From: Ginglymostoma cirratum
Lineage: Eukaryota
Direction: 5' to 3'
NCBI GenBank assembly: GCA_024137785.1
Contig: JAHRHZ010000058.1
Location: forward strand, 942,812-1,006,811
Length of the DNA stretch: 64,000 nt
Below, piece after piece: positions 63,655-64,000 of this stretch (position 1 is the first letter of the stretch; the number at the start of each line of letters is the position of its first letter). A model generated the notes under the pieces. That model searched no databases, was not told the DNA's origin, and saw only the letters and a list, made by a program, of their open reading frames with translations. The position numbers were made by a program, and so were the translations under genes.

Positions 63655-64000
63655 GAGGTTGCTGTGTTGCTCGCCGAGCTGGTTTGTTCTTGTTCAGACG
63701 TTTTGTCACCACGCTAGGTGACATCATCAGTGGAACTTCCGATGAGGCGATGTTATTCTACTCCATTTGGAATTTATACCGTCCGGTCTGTAATTGTGAG
63801 TAGTGTCATTTCCAGTTTTGATCTGTATGGGCTTGTATATGCGAACCAATTCTATGTGTTTGTTGATTGAAGTGTAGGTGGAGAACAATGCCTCTAGGAA
63901 TTCCCTGCATGTCTATGTTTGGCCTGGGTTACTATGGTATTCTATGTTGACTTCCCCTCTTAACATTTGTATCTGGCCTGGTTCTCATTTGAAGAATTCA
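63655..64000 (-). mobile_element. PLE of a second family (Poseidon/Penelope-type C-terminus) with hammerhead-like core, running off the window
   Basis: Minus strand AKHRHA.EFLEA..S...SINKHIEL..IYKP-like translation, then CTGATGA-T-GTCACC-TAGCGT-GGTGAC-AAAAC-GTC (63730-63697). Confidence 0.75.

Noticed and set aside
1-64000. Prokaryotic features (operons, CRISPR arrays), rRNA and true tRNA genes
   Set aside because: The sequence is vertebrate genomic DNA. No regularly spaced repeat-spacer arrays were seen, and the tRNA-like boxes belong to SINE heads.

Overview
Eukaryotic, repeat-rich vertebrate DNA with two N-gaps. The repeat repertoire (HE1/V-SINE-like and Deu-domain-like SINEs, CR1 LINEs, Penelope-like elements, Mag-type Gypsy LTR elements) points to a cartilaginous fish, probably a shark; this is an inference. 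The ORF track uses bacterial-style starts and is almost entirely spurious or TE-derived here. The one host gene I can support is a compact four-exon Fas ligand-like TNF-superfamily gene on the minus strand (exons 55914-55675, 55571-55535, 55032-54985, 53479-53076; 242 aa). All its introns are GT-AG, and it has a TATA box and an AATAAA signal. Exons 2 and 3 are not in the ORF track and were read manually. The rest is mostly decayed, nested retroelements. The most notable non-genic pattern is many Penelope-like element (PLE) termini carrying hammerhead-ribozyme-like cores, several arranged as foldback hairpins or long inverted repeats. I found no convincing wholly novel system. TE family names come from recognised motifs, not from database searches, and TE boundaries are approximate.
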